Positions 10,656 to 21,052 of a DNA stretch of 64,000 nt are shown piece by piece (within the stretch, counting starts at the first letter, position 1; each line of letters begins with the position of its first letter). The stretch is from positions 1 to 64,000 of the IMG/VR virus record IMGVR_UViG_3300002092_000035. The stretch is one strand, 5' to 3'. Under the pieces are notes generated by a model. It made no database searches. It saw only the letters and a list, made by a program, of their open reading frames with translations, and had not been told where the DNA came from. Source of the stretch: a virus. The position numbers and the translations under genes are program-made.

Positions 10656-10740
10656 GCTGATTGCTCCTTTAAGCATTAGAGTAGTTGGGTGTTTCCGCAC
10701 CGCGAACTACAACTTTATTTATCATTAAGGAATAATAATA

Positions 10741-11040
10741 ATGACTATTACTATAGGCGAAGTTTGGACGTTCAAATTAACATCAGGTGAAGAGGTTTTA
10801 GGAAAAGTTACTGCAATTGACGAACATCTTATATCACTAAAAGACCCAGTATCAGTTGCCCCTGGGCCACAGGGATTAGGATTGATGCAGAGTATGTTTA
10901 CCGCAGACCCCAAAGATCCTGCAAGACTGAATATTAATAACGTAACTATCTATGCGCTAACCGACGAATCCGTGAAAGCTAAATACATAGAAGCGACAAC
11001 TGGACTTGCAGTCCCAACTAAGAAGTTGATCCTAGGATAA
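10741..11040 (+). CDS. hypothetical phage protein (Sm-like)
   Basis: TFKLTSGEEVLGK motif. Confidence 0.6.
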   Translation: MTITIGEVWTFKLTSGEEVLGKVTAIDEHLISLKDPVSVAPGPQGLGLMQSMFTADPKDPARLNINNVTIYALTDESVKAKYIEATTGLAVPTKKLILG

Positions 11041-11043
11041 CGA

Positions 11044-11310
11044 ATGGCAAAGTTAAGCAGAAAAGGTGATAAGGATTCCGGTGGCGGCAAGATCGTCAGG
11101 GGAGCCAGCACCGTTTTTGCTAACGGCATTGCAGTAGGATTACATGTGAGTGATATAACTCCACATGGTGGCGGCCCGCACAAATCAGCAAAGACAACAT
11201 CAGCGAGTTCTACTGTTTTTGCTGAAGGGGTAGCTGTTCTTAAGGTTGGATCTGGTAACTCGTGCGGACATCCCATCACTGATGGTAGTCCTGATGTATT
11301 CGTACCTTAA
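11044..11310 (+). CDS. PAAR spike-tip protein (gp5.4-like)
   Basis: SRKGD, GASTVFANG, SCGH, GSPDVFV. Confidence 0.85.
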   Translation: MAKLSRKGDKDSGGGKIVRGASTVFANGIAVGLHVSDITPHGGGPHKSAKTTSASSTVFAEGVAVLKVGSGNSCGHPITDGSPDVFVP

Positions 11311-11319
11311 AGGATAATC

Positions 11320-13830
11320 ATGGCAGATTCAGGCGTTCAGAGTCCATTAGGAATCAATGTATTAGGGTCGGTGTTAAACAACACTGGCCTAAACATCAAC
11401 TCAGTATCTGCTGGTTATATGGGATCAAGCAAGACTAATGCAGATTATACATTTGGTAGTCTAGTTAACGACACTGTTTTGTATAATGTAACCCGTGCCA
11501 TTAATGCAGGTTATGGAGTTCTATCTGACGCGACTTACAACAATCTTATCTCTATCGGTGCAAATACTATCCCTGCATTAGGCAACTCTATTCCGCCTAC
11601 TTATCTTGCACAGGATCCTGCAGGAGTTTGGACTGATACTGCCCAAGCTATTGCTACTCAGCATAGCGTTACTCCGGCGATGGCTGCACCAGCTACATCA
11701 GGATATCCTATATCATATGGTAATACTGGTCAAGGACAAGATGCTTCATGGTTGCCTTATAACACGACGAATCCAAACAAAGCAGTAACTCAATGGGGTT
11801 ATATTAGACTACATGCATTACAAGCATGGAATGAATTCAACTGGAATGGGAATGCAGTAGATCAATCTACGCCTGAATATAAAGAGTTTTGCTCATCATT
11901 TCTGTCTTACAACTCAGCCGCATCCTCCTCTAATAAGTCTATCATATCTATTGGCAACTCTGACACTTTTATGCAGGGTGTTTATAGTAACATGAACGAT
12001 CTTATTACTGCTGATATAGCAGGGGTAAGCTTATCTACACTTGATTTCGGGAATGACCTGATTAATCAGGGAAAGATTATCAATCTAAAGAACATTGAGA
12101 CTTTCGGGTTACCCTCCAATCTACTTGCTACTTTAGGGCAAAACTATGCGATGACAGAAGACCTCATCCTTGCACTGTTGTCAGCAGGATTAACTAGAAA
12201 TGATATCACTTCAATATCAACCGGCAGTGCGTCTAACGTAAATGCACTCATAGAACAACAGATTTACGGGGCATTCTTGATCATTGTAGGAGAGAATCTA
12301 ACAAACATTCTCGCTATACTGCAATGCAATCTCCCTAATATCACTACGCTTGCAGACTTGTTGAATCTACGACTACTATTCCCTACTAGCTACGCATCTT
12401 TGACCGTGCCTATCTACAATGCTAATCCCGGACCTACTAATAGCAAGACATACTATCTTATCTATCAGGATGGAGGAGTAAATACCTCTCTGAGTGCTCC
12501 TGCTATTCAGAGTTACGTGGGAACTATAATTCCTTCAGGAACTCCTCCGACTAGAGACACTGCATTATCCCCGCAGAACTATTCGGAGTTGCCAATCGGA
12601 TTCAATTCATATTTAATAGGCATTCTTCCAAATGAGCAAGCAGTAGCAGCCGGCGCCTTCTCATACACGATGCAGCAGATCAAAAACATTAGAAACGTAG
12701 ACATCCTTAAGTTGGCTAAGGTCGCTCAAGGAATAGAGACTACTCTAGATTTGCCCCTAGTAGCAGGAACTGATAAACCTACAGCCCAATCAGCAACAGA
12801 TTACGGTAAGCAAGTATGTTCGTTAGGAAGCGGGCCTTCAGGGTCGTATACCCTTTCGGACTTCTTTGGTTGTATGTCTGGTTTACCTTATCCTTGGCAA
12901 CTCATACAACAGAGAATCAACCAACTTGCTACGAGCAACCTGTATAGCATCTATGAGCAACTGTACAACGCAGTGATAACATCAGGTTCAGTGCAGACTT
13001 ATATTGATCAAGCTAATTCAGAGATCGCTGCTATCAAAGAATCTAACCCAAACATCTCGCTCCATCTTAATACATATTGGAATATATGTGGAGATCAGTT
13101 GGCTAGAGAGCAAAGAGCAAGGTACACGAATCTCCCGCCAGTTTCTATTCCTAAAGATTATTTTCAGAATCAGTATCCAGCATCGCTATCTAACTTTGTA
13201 GACTCGGTCCCTACCTTTTCTACTGACACTAGACCACATATGGCTGCTCAAACGCTAGAAGCGATCAGTGATCTTAATGATCTAGGTGGCCAGAGCCTTG
13301 TTGCTATGATGAGACAAGAAAGAAATCAAGTCAGGCTCAGTAATTTAGGAATTGAGCCAGACAACAATATAGATGATCAACTAACACCTGTCCAAATTAA
13401 GACTGTGACGACTAACGGAACAATTGATGGAGCAACCAGCGGAATTCCTAGTTGTGGTAACGAGTATACTCTACCTGCCTGGCCAGGAAATGATCAAACC
13501 GGTAATGTTGTTACACCAGTACCATTAGGTATCTATGATTCTTCTATTGGCTTTCAATCAATCCCTACTAATATAGCAGGAGATATAACACAAATCTTAG
13601 ATTGTAATCCTAATCCGGTAGCAAACCCAGTAGTGCCAGCCGGTCCAGTAAATAGCGGACCTGCTATTAGCATTGTCATCATCGCTCCACCGTCTGAATA
13701 CGATCCTACTAATCTGCCACCTAATCTAAATCCTAACTTTATTAGTAGCACGTTACTTCCTGCAAGTCCTAGTGTATCTGCTGCCATTGAGCATGTGATC
13801 ACTTGTAACTGTGATTGCTGGGTGCATTAA
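11320..13830 (+). CDS. large virion-associated hypothetical protein
   Basis: 836 aa, follows PAAR, ends TCNCDCW. Confidence 0.6.
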   Translation: MADSGVQSPLGINVLGSVLNNTGLNINSVSAGYMGSSKTNADYTFGSLVNDTVLYNVTRAINAGYGVLSDATYNNLISIGANTIPALGNSIPPTYLAQDPAGVWTDTAQAIATQHSVTPAMAAPATSGYPISYGNTGQGQDASWLPYNTTNPNKAVTQWGYIRLHALQAWNEFNWNGNAVDQSTPEYKEFCSSFLSYNSAASSSNKSIISIGNSDTFMQGVYSNMNDLITADIAGVSLSTLDFGNDLINQGKIINLKNIETFGLPSNLLATLGQNYAMTEDLILALLSAGLTRNDITSISTGSASNVNALIEQQIYGAFLIIVGENLTNILAILQCNLPNITTLADLLNLRLLFPTSYASLTVPIYNANPGPTNSKTYYLIYQDGGVNTSLSAPAIQSYVGTIIPSGTPPTRDTALSPQNYSELPIGFNSYLIGILPNEQAVAAGAFSYTMQQIKNIRNVDILKLAKVAQGIETTLDLPLVAGTDKPTAQSATDYGKQVCSLGSGPSGSYTLSDFFGCMSGLPYPWQLIQQRINQLATSNLYSIYEQLYNAVITSGSVQTYIDQANSEIAAIKESNPNISLHLNTYWNICGDQLAREQRARYTNLPPVSIPKDYFQNQYPASLSNFVDSVPTFSTDTRPHMAAQTLEAISDLNDLGGQSLVAMMRQERNQVRLSNLGIEPDNNIDDQLTPVQIKTVTTNGTIDGATSGIPSCGNEYTLPAWPGNDQTGNVVTPVPLGIYDSSIGFQSIPTNIAGDITQILDCNPNPVANPVVPAGPVNSGPAISIVIIAPPSEYDPTNLPPNLNPNFISSTLLPASPSVSAAIEHVITCNCDCWVH

Positions 13831-13877
13831 ATATTACCTCTGAGTCTTTAGAGCATACATAATATAGAGGAGTATCC

Positions 13878-14981
13878 ATGACATATTTATTTACAAGCGA
13901 GTCCGTGAGCGAAGGTCATCCGGACAAGGTCGCCGATGCAATCAGCGACGGTATCCTAGACATGTTTATGTCGCATCGTGATCCATTTATGAGATGCGCC
14001 TGTGAAACACTAGTTACAACAAATCAAGTCATTATTGCAGGAGAATACAAAGGTCCGGTAATTGACAACCTAGATTTGGAGTATTTGATTCGCAAGGTCG
14101 TTAAGAATATCGGATACGAACAAGAAGGTTTTCATTGGCAAAACTTACAAATTTCTAATCTTATGCATGGACAAAGTGACGACATTGCATTAGGCACCGA
14201 TAACTTTGGTGCAGGTGATCAAGGATTGATGTTCGGATATGCATGTGATGAGACGCCAAACTTTATGCCGGCTCCTCTCTACTACAGTCATACTATCGTA
14301 GAAGCATTATCACATTGGCGAAAGAACAAAAATGTTCTTTGGTTAGGTCCTGATGCAAAAAGTCAAATTACGATGGAATACAATGATGATGCTACTGTCA
14401 ATCGCATTGATAAGATCGTCTGTTCAACGCAGCATCATCCAGATGTGAGTATTGAGGATGTGAGATCGGGTGTAGAAACTATCATTCGGGCTGCCCTTCC
14501 TGAAAATCTCGTTGACGACAACACGCAATTTCTTATCAACCCAACTGGAAGATTTGTGATCGGTGGTCCAGATGGTGATACTGGTTTGACTGGCCGCAAG
14601 ATCATTGTTGACACATATGGTGGCATGGCACCGCATGGTGGTGGAGCATTCTCTGGTAAAGATCCTACTAAGGTTGATCGGTCAGCATCATACATGGCTC
14701 GTTATCTTGCAAAGAATATTGTTGCATCGGGTCAGGCAAAATGGGCTCAAATTCAGTTGAGTTATGCGATTGGAATGCGAGATCCAACAAGCGTGTATGT
14801 TGAGAGCGACGGTGACAGCAGAGAGTTAACTAAGTGGATTATTGACAATGTTGATCTCACTCCGACTGGTATTATCAATCGTTTCAACTTATTCTCTCCT
14901 ATCTATAGCTCAACTACTAACTACGGTCATTTCGGTAAAGATTATCTACCTTGGGAAAAAGTGGATCTTTTTAAACAATGA
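13878..14981 (+). CDS. metK: S-adenosylmethionine synthetase
   Basis: FTSESVSEGHPDK, GAGDQG, GGGAFSGKDPTKVDRS. Confidence 0.97.
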   Translation: MTYLFTSESVSEGHPDKVADAISDGILDMFMSHRDPFMRCACETLVTTNQVIIAGEYKGPVIDNLDLEYLIRKVVKNIGYEQEGFHWQNLQISNLMHGQSDDIALGTDNFGAGDQGLMFGYACDETPNFMPAPLYYSHTIVEALSHWRKNKNVLWLGPDAKSQITMEYNDDATVNRIDKIVCSTQHHPDVSIEDVRSGVETIIRAALPENLVDDNTQFLINPTGRFVIGGPDGDTGLTGRKIIVDTYGGMAPHGGGAFSGKDPTKVDRSASYMARYLAKNIVASGQAKWAQIQLSYAIGMRDPTSVYVESDGDSRELTKWIIDNVDLTPTGIINRFNLFSPIYSSTTNYGHFGKDYLPWEKVDLFKQ

Positions 14982-15919
14982 TAACAGAGTGGTTTGACGG
15001 CAAAGACGGTTTTATGAGGAAAACTGTTGAGAAAGATCCTGACGGAAAAAATCATAAATTTACCCTAGAAATCCTAGAAAAAGAAATCTCTGAAAATCTC
15101 TCTTTTGACGAGATTATGCAAGATCATGTAAGTCATAGACAGACAAAAACAGTAGAAGTCTTATATAGCGGAGGAATTGATAGCGAGGGCATTTTGAATA
15201 GCCTTCACACGAGCGGGGTGCCAGTAACTGCGATCACGATGAGATTAATGGCAAACGGATATCCTATCAATACACATGACTTGTATTACAGTGAAAAATT
15301 CTGCCGTGAAAATGGAATTACTCAAAAAATCATTGATTTAGATGTAAAAACTTTTTACGAGAGTGGTAAATTTTTAGATTATATAGAACCTTATACTATA
15401 AGGATGCCGCACGTAGCTACTCATTTTTGGCTATTTGAACAGACGACTGGTTTTCCTGTATTAGGAGGCTGCTATTTTTGGCCATGGACTCGCGACATTG
15501 AAGGGGTACCTACTAAAATTATAAGTCCAAATAGATATGACTATACTTGCTACCAGATATTCTTGAGAGACAATGGAATCCATGGCATAGGGGATATGCT
15601 AGGTTGGAGCTTAGAAAGCAACATCATTCAAATCAAGGCTCATAACGAAGTCGTAAAAAAGGGAATATATCATGCTGGTACCGGCAGTTCTTTCCCTAAT
15701 TTTAAATGTAGCTTGCAACATGAATTGGGATTTACTAGATGCGAACCCCGTATGAAAAATTATGGGTATGAGTTCGTGGATACTAGCATATTAGATATTG
15801 CTACTATTAGACAACAGACTACAAACCTATTAGGTGAAGTTAGCAGTAAAATCGTTTGGTCAAAACAGATTGCAGATGTCTTAGGTGGAGCTCCGGGATC
15901 CAATGATAGGTATAAATGA
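14978..15919 (+). CDS. PP-loop (SGGIDS) adenine-nucleotide-binding protein
   Basis: VLYSGGIDSE motif. Confidence 0.6.
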   Translation: MITEWFDGKDGFMRKTVEKDPDGKNHKFTLEILEKEISENLSFDEIMQDHVSHRQTKTVEVLYSGGIDSEGILNSLHTSGVPVTAITMRLMANGYPINTHDLYYSEKFCRENGITQKIIDLDVKTFYESGKFLDYIEPYTIRMPHVATHFWLFEQTTGFPVLGGCYFWPWTRDIEGVPTKIISPNRYDYTCYQIFLRDNGIHGIGDMLGWSLESNIIQIKAHNEVVKKGIYHAGTGSSFPNFKCSLQHELGFTRCEPRMKNYGYEFVDTSILDIATIRQQTTNLLGEVSSKIVWSKQIADVLGGAPGSNDRYK

Positions 15920-16010
15920 AAGATTTAAATTTTTGGTGATTTTGTAGTTGACAATTCTGCCTAACTTTGATATTATTACTATACTAAATTAACGTAAGGT
16001 TCCAAGGTCA

Positions 16011-16346
16011 ATGTTATTTTCCCCTACGCAAAATGGTTGGCACGTTGATCGCGGAGGAACCAAACAATGGTATCTGAACGGCAAACTTCACCGAGAAGAT
16101 GGCCCGGCAGTTGAACATGCAGATGGCTCCAAAGAATGGTATCTGAACGGCAAAATTCACCGAGAAGATGGCCCGGCATTTGAAGGTGCAGATGGCACCA
16201 AAGAATGGTATCTGAACGGCAACCCTCACCGAGAAGATGGACCGGCATTTGAATATGCAGATGGCACCAAAGTTTGGTATCTGAACGGCACAGAAATAGA
16301 TCAACTCGTCTATTGGGTAACTACAAAAGAAAGACAGATGGCATAA
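16011..16346 (+). CDS. MORN-like repeat protein (WYLNGKLHREDGPA)
   Basis: 22-aa repeats. Confidence 0.8.
   Translation: MLFSPTQNGWHVDRGGTKQWYLNGKLHREDGPAVEHADGSKEWYLNGKIHREDGPAFEGADGTKEWYLNGNPHREDGPAFEYADGTKVWYLNGTEIDQLVYWVTTKERQMA
16059..16290 (+). repeat. 66-bp coding tandem repeat, about 3.5 copies
   Basis: TGGTATCTGAACGGCA...CACCGAGAAGATGG recurs every 66 bp. Confidence 0.85.
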
Positions 16347-16349
16347 TAT

Positions 16350-16388
16350 CGGTTGACATCACCTACCCGTTTTGCTATATTGAATCAT
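16350..16388 (+). promoter_or_regulatory. phage early sigma70-type promoter
   Basis: CGGTTGACA..TACCCGTTTTGCTATATTGAATCAT; near-identical motifs at ~22175, ~39195, ~52378 and ~63705-63742 (minus). Confidence 0.7.
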
Positions 16389-16410
16389 GGACATTAAGAG
16401 AGAAAACACA

Positions 16411-16683
16411 ATGTGGACAATCGCTAAGGTTCTTGACGGTTTCGCTGATCTTCCTAATGAACGTTTTCATACCTTTGCTGTCAAGTATGACGGCGAGATT
16501 GTTGGAAAGCTCCGCTATGATCGCGGTCGGTGGAAATCAGCAGGTGGTCCCGCTTGGCAAGGAACTCTGTTCAAGACCTCGCTTCACGGACGCAACGATC
16601 CGTCAGGCTATGTCGGCGTCGGTTACTACAACAAAGACAAGAGCAAGGTTCTTGCTTGGTTCAAGACCGGAGAGTATGATTAA
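16411..16683 (+). CDS. hypothetical early protein
   Basis: ORF downstream of early promoter. Confidence 0.6.
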   Translation: MWTIAKVLDGFADLPNERFHTFAVKYDGEIVGKLRYDRGRWKSAGGPAWQGTLFKTSLHGRNDPSGYVGVGYYNKDKSKVLAWFKTGEYD

Positions 16684-16685
16684 GG

Positions 16686-16880
16686 ATGAGTGCCGCTGCT
16701 TGTAAAATATGCGGAAAACTATCAGAAAGGGAATGGCATCATTTTCCTAAACGCAAGCCGCCCTACGATGTCCCGTATGAAGCTACCCTGTATCATCGTG
16801 ATCCTTTTTGGGGCGCCGGCGACCTAGAAGAATATTGCGGGCCAACTTGTTCTACACAAGCTTACCTTAACAAAGAGTAG
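16686..16880 (+). CDS. small Cys-containing protein
   Basis: CxxC...CxxxC. Confidence 0.55.
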   Translation: MSAAACKICGKLSEREWHHFPKRKPPYDVPYEATLYHRDPFWGAGDLEEYCGPTCSTQAYLNKE

Positions 16881-16898
16881 ACAAGGAAAAGAAATATC

Positions 16899-17429
16899 AT
16901 GGTGTCTAAAAGTCCTCAGAGGAACACTTTTCAGCGAGACAGTTATATCCAACGAAAAGCCAAAGAAGGCAAGACTCCTGAGAACGATGAGAGTGTTAAG
17001 GCTATGGTAGCATATTATGACAGTTGGAACGCAGAGGCTGAAAGGCGGGCAGAAGATCCTGAATGGCAGAAGGACAACATGGAATACGATCTTCGTTCCA
17101 CTGATTGGATTCTAGAAAAGGCTCGTGCTTCTGACGGATATGCTCAAAACCTTTATGCCGCTATGTGTAATAATGAGTTCATCAAGAATGATGTGTGGCC
17201 TATTCTACAAGAAAAAACCTGGAGTGCAAGCTGGCGTTATGCTGGTGGCATCATCGCCGATATGCTAGGCAAAGGTGATTACATGGATTGGTACTGTAGC
17301 GGCATCGGCAGCGGTCTGGGTAATGGCGATGAAGACGGTAGTCTAGGGTATGTAGCAGAAAGGGTAGTCACTGATGAGATTCGTGAAGACCTAATTAAAT
17401 TAGGGTGGATTGTCGCCGACAATAAATAG
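16899..17429 (+). CDS. hypothetical protein
   Basis: 176 aa, AGGA RBS. Confidence 0.7.
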   Translation: MVSKSPQRNTFQRDSYIQRKAKEGKTPENDESVKAMVAYYDSWNAEAERRAEDPEWQKDNMEYDLRSTDWILEKARASDGYAQNLYAAMCNNEFIKNDVWPILQEKTWSASWRYAGGIIADMLGKGDYMDWYCSGIGSGLGNGDEDGSLGYVAERVVTDEIREDLIKLGWIVADNK

Positions 17430-17696
17430 TATTGAGAGGTACACCCATGAATCTTAATAATCTAGGAGCAGGCAAGAAACTGATAAATCATGTCATTGCT
17501 CAGGGCAAGACAAAAAATCGTATTAGTCAGCAAGTGAAGATGCAAAAGAATTCATTTAATGCGAAGACCCGCCCGACTAAATGAAGAATTAATTAATCAA
17601 ATGTGTTTATAAGATTGAAAGCCTTGCCAGGGGTAACAAGGATGATGCCCGAAATAGTTGATTAATACTAAAATTAGTAGTATTATAAGAAACAAT

Positions 17697-17771
17697 GCGT
17701 TTGAGGCTAAATGGCATAGCAAGGGTCTCTAAAGCCCGAGATAGCAGGTTCAAATCCTGTCAGACGCGCCA
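17697..17771 (+). tRNA. amber suppressor tRNA (anticodon CTA)
   Basis: GCGTTTG/CAGACGC-GCCA, loop CT-CTA-AA, T loop GGTTCAAATCC. Confidence 0.85.
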
Positions 17772-17810
17772 ATTTTAGGAAATATTATGCAAGATTTTAG
17801 GAGAAATGTC

Positions 17811-18170
17811 ATGCATTCGGTTAAGATTAATCGGTTAGAACTATTAAAGATTGTGCAGACTAACAGACAAAAGCATATCACGGACTTCAACGAAGCAGTT
17901 GAAGATTATAAGAAGGCTGCTATCAAGCTAGCCGAAGCAAATCTTGAACTAGCACAGACTGGCGACGTAGAAAGCATCATTAAGATGAGGGCCGCCCCTT
18001 CTCGTCCAGTTAGCTACGAAAAGGAATATGGTCGTGGTATCCGCATGCTGGAACTCAGCGTTGAGGAAGTCATTGATGTTACCGAAGATGTGTTTAACCA
18101 ACTTGTACTTGATGAGTGGGCCTGGAAGAACGCATTTACTGCTACTTCTGCATCTTACAAGAGTTATTAA
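17811..18170 (+). CDS. hypothetical protein
   Basis: Helical ORF with AGGAG RBS. Confidence 0.7.
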   Translation: MHSVKINRLELLKIVQTNRQKHITDFNEAVEDYKKAAIKLAEANLELAQTGDVESIIKMRAAPSRPVSYEKEYGRGIRMLELSVEEVIDVTEDVFNQLVLDEWAWKNAFTATSASYKSY

Positions 18171-18319
18171 GAAGCAAAGTACGAAAAGACGAACGTTATA
18201 GATTTGGATGCTGAATTTGATGAGGAGGACGAAGATGATGATGATGATTGATACCCAAAACAGTTGAAAATACTATACAGGTTGATATAATGATCATACT
18301 TAGACTTTAAGGAGATAAT

Positions 18320-18853
18320 ATGAGTGCAGAGTTACCCGCTGTCGTTCCGGCAGTCGTCTTTAAGACCCGAGTCCGCGATGAAAGCATTGAAGGACCTAAT
18401 CCCTATCGCTGGCAAGACGTAAATTCTTACGACTACTTTGCAGGCAAGCGAGTTGTTCTCTTCTCTCTTCCGGGAGCATTTACCCCTACCTGTTCAACCT
18501 ATCAACTTCCTGGCTTTGAAGAAAGCTTTCAAGCCTTTAAGGACCTAGGAATTGATGAGATTTATTGTATCTCAGTCAATGATGCATTCGTCATGAACAA
18601 GTGGGCAGAAGATCAAAATATTCAGAATGTCAAGGTTATCCCTGATGGTTCCGGGCTGTTCACTGCTAGCATGAATATGCTTGTTCAGAAAGACAATCTT
18701 GGTTTTGGTGTCCGTTCTTGGCGATACGCTGTTGTCGTTAATAACGGAACGATTGAGAAGTGGTTCATTGAGCCGGGAATTGAGCATAACTGTGAGACTG
18801 ACCCATACGGTGAGTCTTCTCCCGCAAACATCTTGTCCTATCTGAATAACTGA
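18320..18853 (+). CDS. peroxiredoxin (Prx5/redoxin family)
   Basis: FSLPGAFTPTCS, SVNDAFVM, RSWRY. Confidence 0.92.
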   Translation: MSAELPAVVPAVVFKTRVRDESIEGPNPYRWQDVNSYDYFAGKRVVLFSLPGAFTPTCSTYQLPGFEESFQAFKDLGIDEIYCISVNDAFVMNKWAEDQNIQNVKVIPDGSGLFTASMNMLVQKDNLGFGVRSWRYAVVVNNGTIEKWFIEPGIEHNCETDPYGESSPANILSYLNN

Positions 18854-18864
18854 TAAATATAAGC

Positions 18865-19077
18865 ATGTATGAGAGCGATCCAGATGCGGCTAAACCTGAA
18901 ATCAAGTTACCTAAAGGTAATCCTGATAAGAAGGTAGCCACTCTGGAAGCCAAAATAACTGCACTGTCAGACAGGCTCTCGCGAGTGATAGCGGACAATG
19001 AGCAGCTACGACGCGATATAAAGCGGAATGCTCAAGACATTCAGCTACTAACCAATGCAGTTGCAAAAAGGAAATAG
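18865..19077 (+). CDS. small coiled-coil protein
   Basis: Heptad pattern; TAAATA upstream. Confidence 0.55.
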   Translation: MYESDPDAAKPEIKLPKGNPDKKVATLEAKITALSDRLSRVIADNEQLRRDIKRNAQDIQLLTNAVAKRK

Positions 19078-19078
19078 A

Positions 19079-19354
19079 ATGAAAATTAAAATTGATGACG
19101 ATATGGCTGACAAGATCGTTATTGCTAGGCTTAGTGAATCTGCCCGGTATATCAAGGATGATATAAACAATCTTATCTCCAAAGGTGAACTCCAGCCATA
19201 TCAAAGAGAAGACCTAAAGAATCATATTAGCGACCTAGCAGCTTTGAATCGGGTTTTAGAATACTTCGGCGGCGAGCAGATTGATTGGACTGGATATGTT
19301 CAGATTGAAAAACGCTTTACTGAGGCAATGATCGCCTTTGAGGAACAATCATGA
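19079..19354 (+). CDS. hypothetical protein
   Basis: ORF in operon. Confidence 0.6.
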   Translation: MKIKIDDDMADKIVIARLSESARYIKDDINNLISKGELQPYQREDLKNHISDLAALNRVLEYFGGEQIDWTGYVQIEKRFTEAMIAFEEQS

Positions 19355-19839
19355 GTTGGGTAGATGCTGTTACCCGTAGCATTCCTCCATATGCTATTGA
19401 CATTAAAACTAACCTAGAACTTGCGATGAAGCATAGCAGTCTTAGTGAAATAGATGCACATGCTTGTGCATTGGCTGCGGCCTGTGCGATGAGCAACGGT
19501 GGTCTAGCATTTGAGATTTCCATGAGCGGTCCATTGATCGGGAAAGATGAAAGGGACATTGCCAAGACTGCCGCTGTATCAGTAGCGATGCTTGACACCT
19601 ACTATTCTTTTGCTAATAGCGTAGTAGACCCGTCTACTCCTGCTATCACCGTTGCATACACCGGAACAGACAAGACTAAGTTCGTGATGTATTCGCTTTC
19701 AGCCGCAGTAACATTAAAGAGTAGTTATACCGAACTCTATTTTGACCAGCTGCTATTTGATGGCCTCTCTGAAAAGGAAGTACAGGATATTGCGAAGATT
19801 GCAGCAGTGATTGCTGCGGTTAACAAGATCGTTACTTGA
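19351..19839 (+). CDS. AhpD-like (carboxymuconolactone decarboxylase family) protein
   Basis: IPPYAIDIKTNL N-terminus and ..IAAVIAAV end; CxxC appears lost. Confidence 0.65.
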   Translation: MSWVDAVTRSIPPYAIDIKTNLELAMKHSSLSEIDAHACALAAACAMSNGGLAFEISMSGPLIGKDERDIAKTAAVSVAMLDTYYSFANSVVDPSTPAITVAYTGTDKTKFVMYSLSAAVTLKSSYTELYFDQLLFDGLSEKEVQDIAKIAAVIAAVNKIVT

Positions 19840-20389
19840 TTCCGATAATCATAAATCTATCATACCCGTTATCACGATATCTGATCTCTTTGAGATCGCA
19901 AAATAGATATTCTGACAGCGGGTATTTTGCTTTTAGCTGCCCCAGAGAACGGTTAGGGTTCACACATTTCCAGATGTCATCATCTGCCGTTTGAACATTA
20001 CTTGATTGAATGCACACCATCGTGCCTTCTTCAATATTTTCAAACCATTGATTGCTTTCCATATGCTCGGGGGAACAATTGATCACCAGGTCGTAGCCTG
20101 ACAGATTTTCAAGGGCTGCATCTGCTATCTTGTTCTCGACCTTGCTATCTTTACCTATCCGCCATGCTTCGGTTATTCTGTCAGCAATCTCTTTCGTCTC
20201 AGGATCCTTATCAATACCTAAAATGTATTGATATCGGTTTGAGTTCCGCGTAAGAAGCATGAATGACAAAACATTGTACCAGCTACCTAAAATAACAATC
20301 TTTATGTTAGCGTGAATGAATCTTTCAAGTTCTTCACATAACCATAGCTTACTAGATATCTGTCCGTGAGAGAACGCATCAAAATTCAT
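19832..20389 (-). CDS. class I SAM-dependent methyltransferase-like protein
   Basis: ILGSWY..IDKDP..DLVINCSPEH. Confidence 0.65.
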   Translation of the reverse strand: MNFDAFSHGQISSKLWLCEELERFIHANIKIVILGSWYNVLSFMLLTRNSNRYQYILGIDKDPETKEIADRITEAWRIGKDSKVENKIADAALENLSGYDLVINCSPEHMESNQWFENIEEGTMVCIQSSNVQTADDDIWKCVNPNRSLGQLKAKYPLSEYLFCDLKEIRYRDNGYDRFMIIGIK

Positions 20390-20940
20390 ACTAGATAGTC
20401 AGCAAACAATTCCTTGGCACCTGCCATCGTAAAACGCTTCCTGTCAGCGTCCTTGAAGATTAACGATATGCAAAAACGATCTTCATCTGCATTCGTGACA
20501 TTATGAGGAGTTCCAGCTTGTATTACATATGAAGACCCGTCCAATAAAGGTGCAGCTTCAATCAATGTTACTTCATTTGGTTCATAAGCAAGATACTTAG
20601 TGTTAATGACAGTTAGCGACGGCTCTTTGTTTTTTGCAAAATCTTTCACGCTATACCAGTTCATGGTACTGCCCCTTCCACCGTAGATATAATTCAATTT
20701 GGTATAATCTCCACCGTGTTCATCAATATGAATTGGAGTCTCGCGACCCGGCGGCGTATGAAAACATTCTGCCCAGACCATGATTAGATGGTGTTTCTCG
20801 CAGAAATCCAATATCCCAGGGCTCAAGAGATCAAATGAAACTTTGGTCTGCCTGAATTGTCCGGTCCTTCGCTCTTCCATATCAAATGCGTCGGTCAAGG
20901 GGTTGATGTTGAGGTTTACTTGTAGATGATGAGTGTCCAT
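20386..20940 (-). CDS. cupin/2OG-Fe(II)-like protein
   Basis: HID...PHNV...R motif. Confidence 0.55.
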   Translation of the reverse strand: MDTHHLQVNLNINPLTDAFDMEERRTGQFRQTKVSFDLLSPGILDFCEKHHLIMVWAECFHTPPGRETPIHIDEHGGDYTKLNYIYGGRGSTMNWYSVKDFAKNKEPSLTVINTKYLAYEPNEVTLIEAAPLLDGSSYVIQAGTPHNVTNADEDRFCISLIFKDADRKRFTMAGAKELFADYLV

Positions 20941-21052
20941 AACAATATTTAGTCATGTAAATCTTTTTTTAATTTTTCGGTTAACACAACGTCATTCGCT
21001 ACTTTGTAGTAATGATGCAGTAGCGCCGCTAAATATAAAATAGGAGTCTGAC

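Noticed and set aside
16059-16290. CRISPR array
   Set aside because: In-frame 66-bp coding repeats without unique spacers; no cas genes in the window
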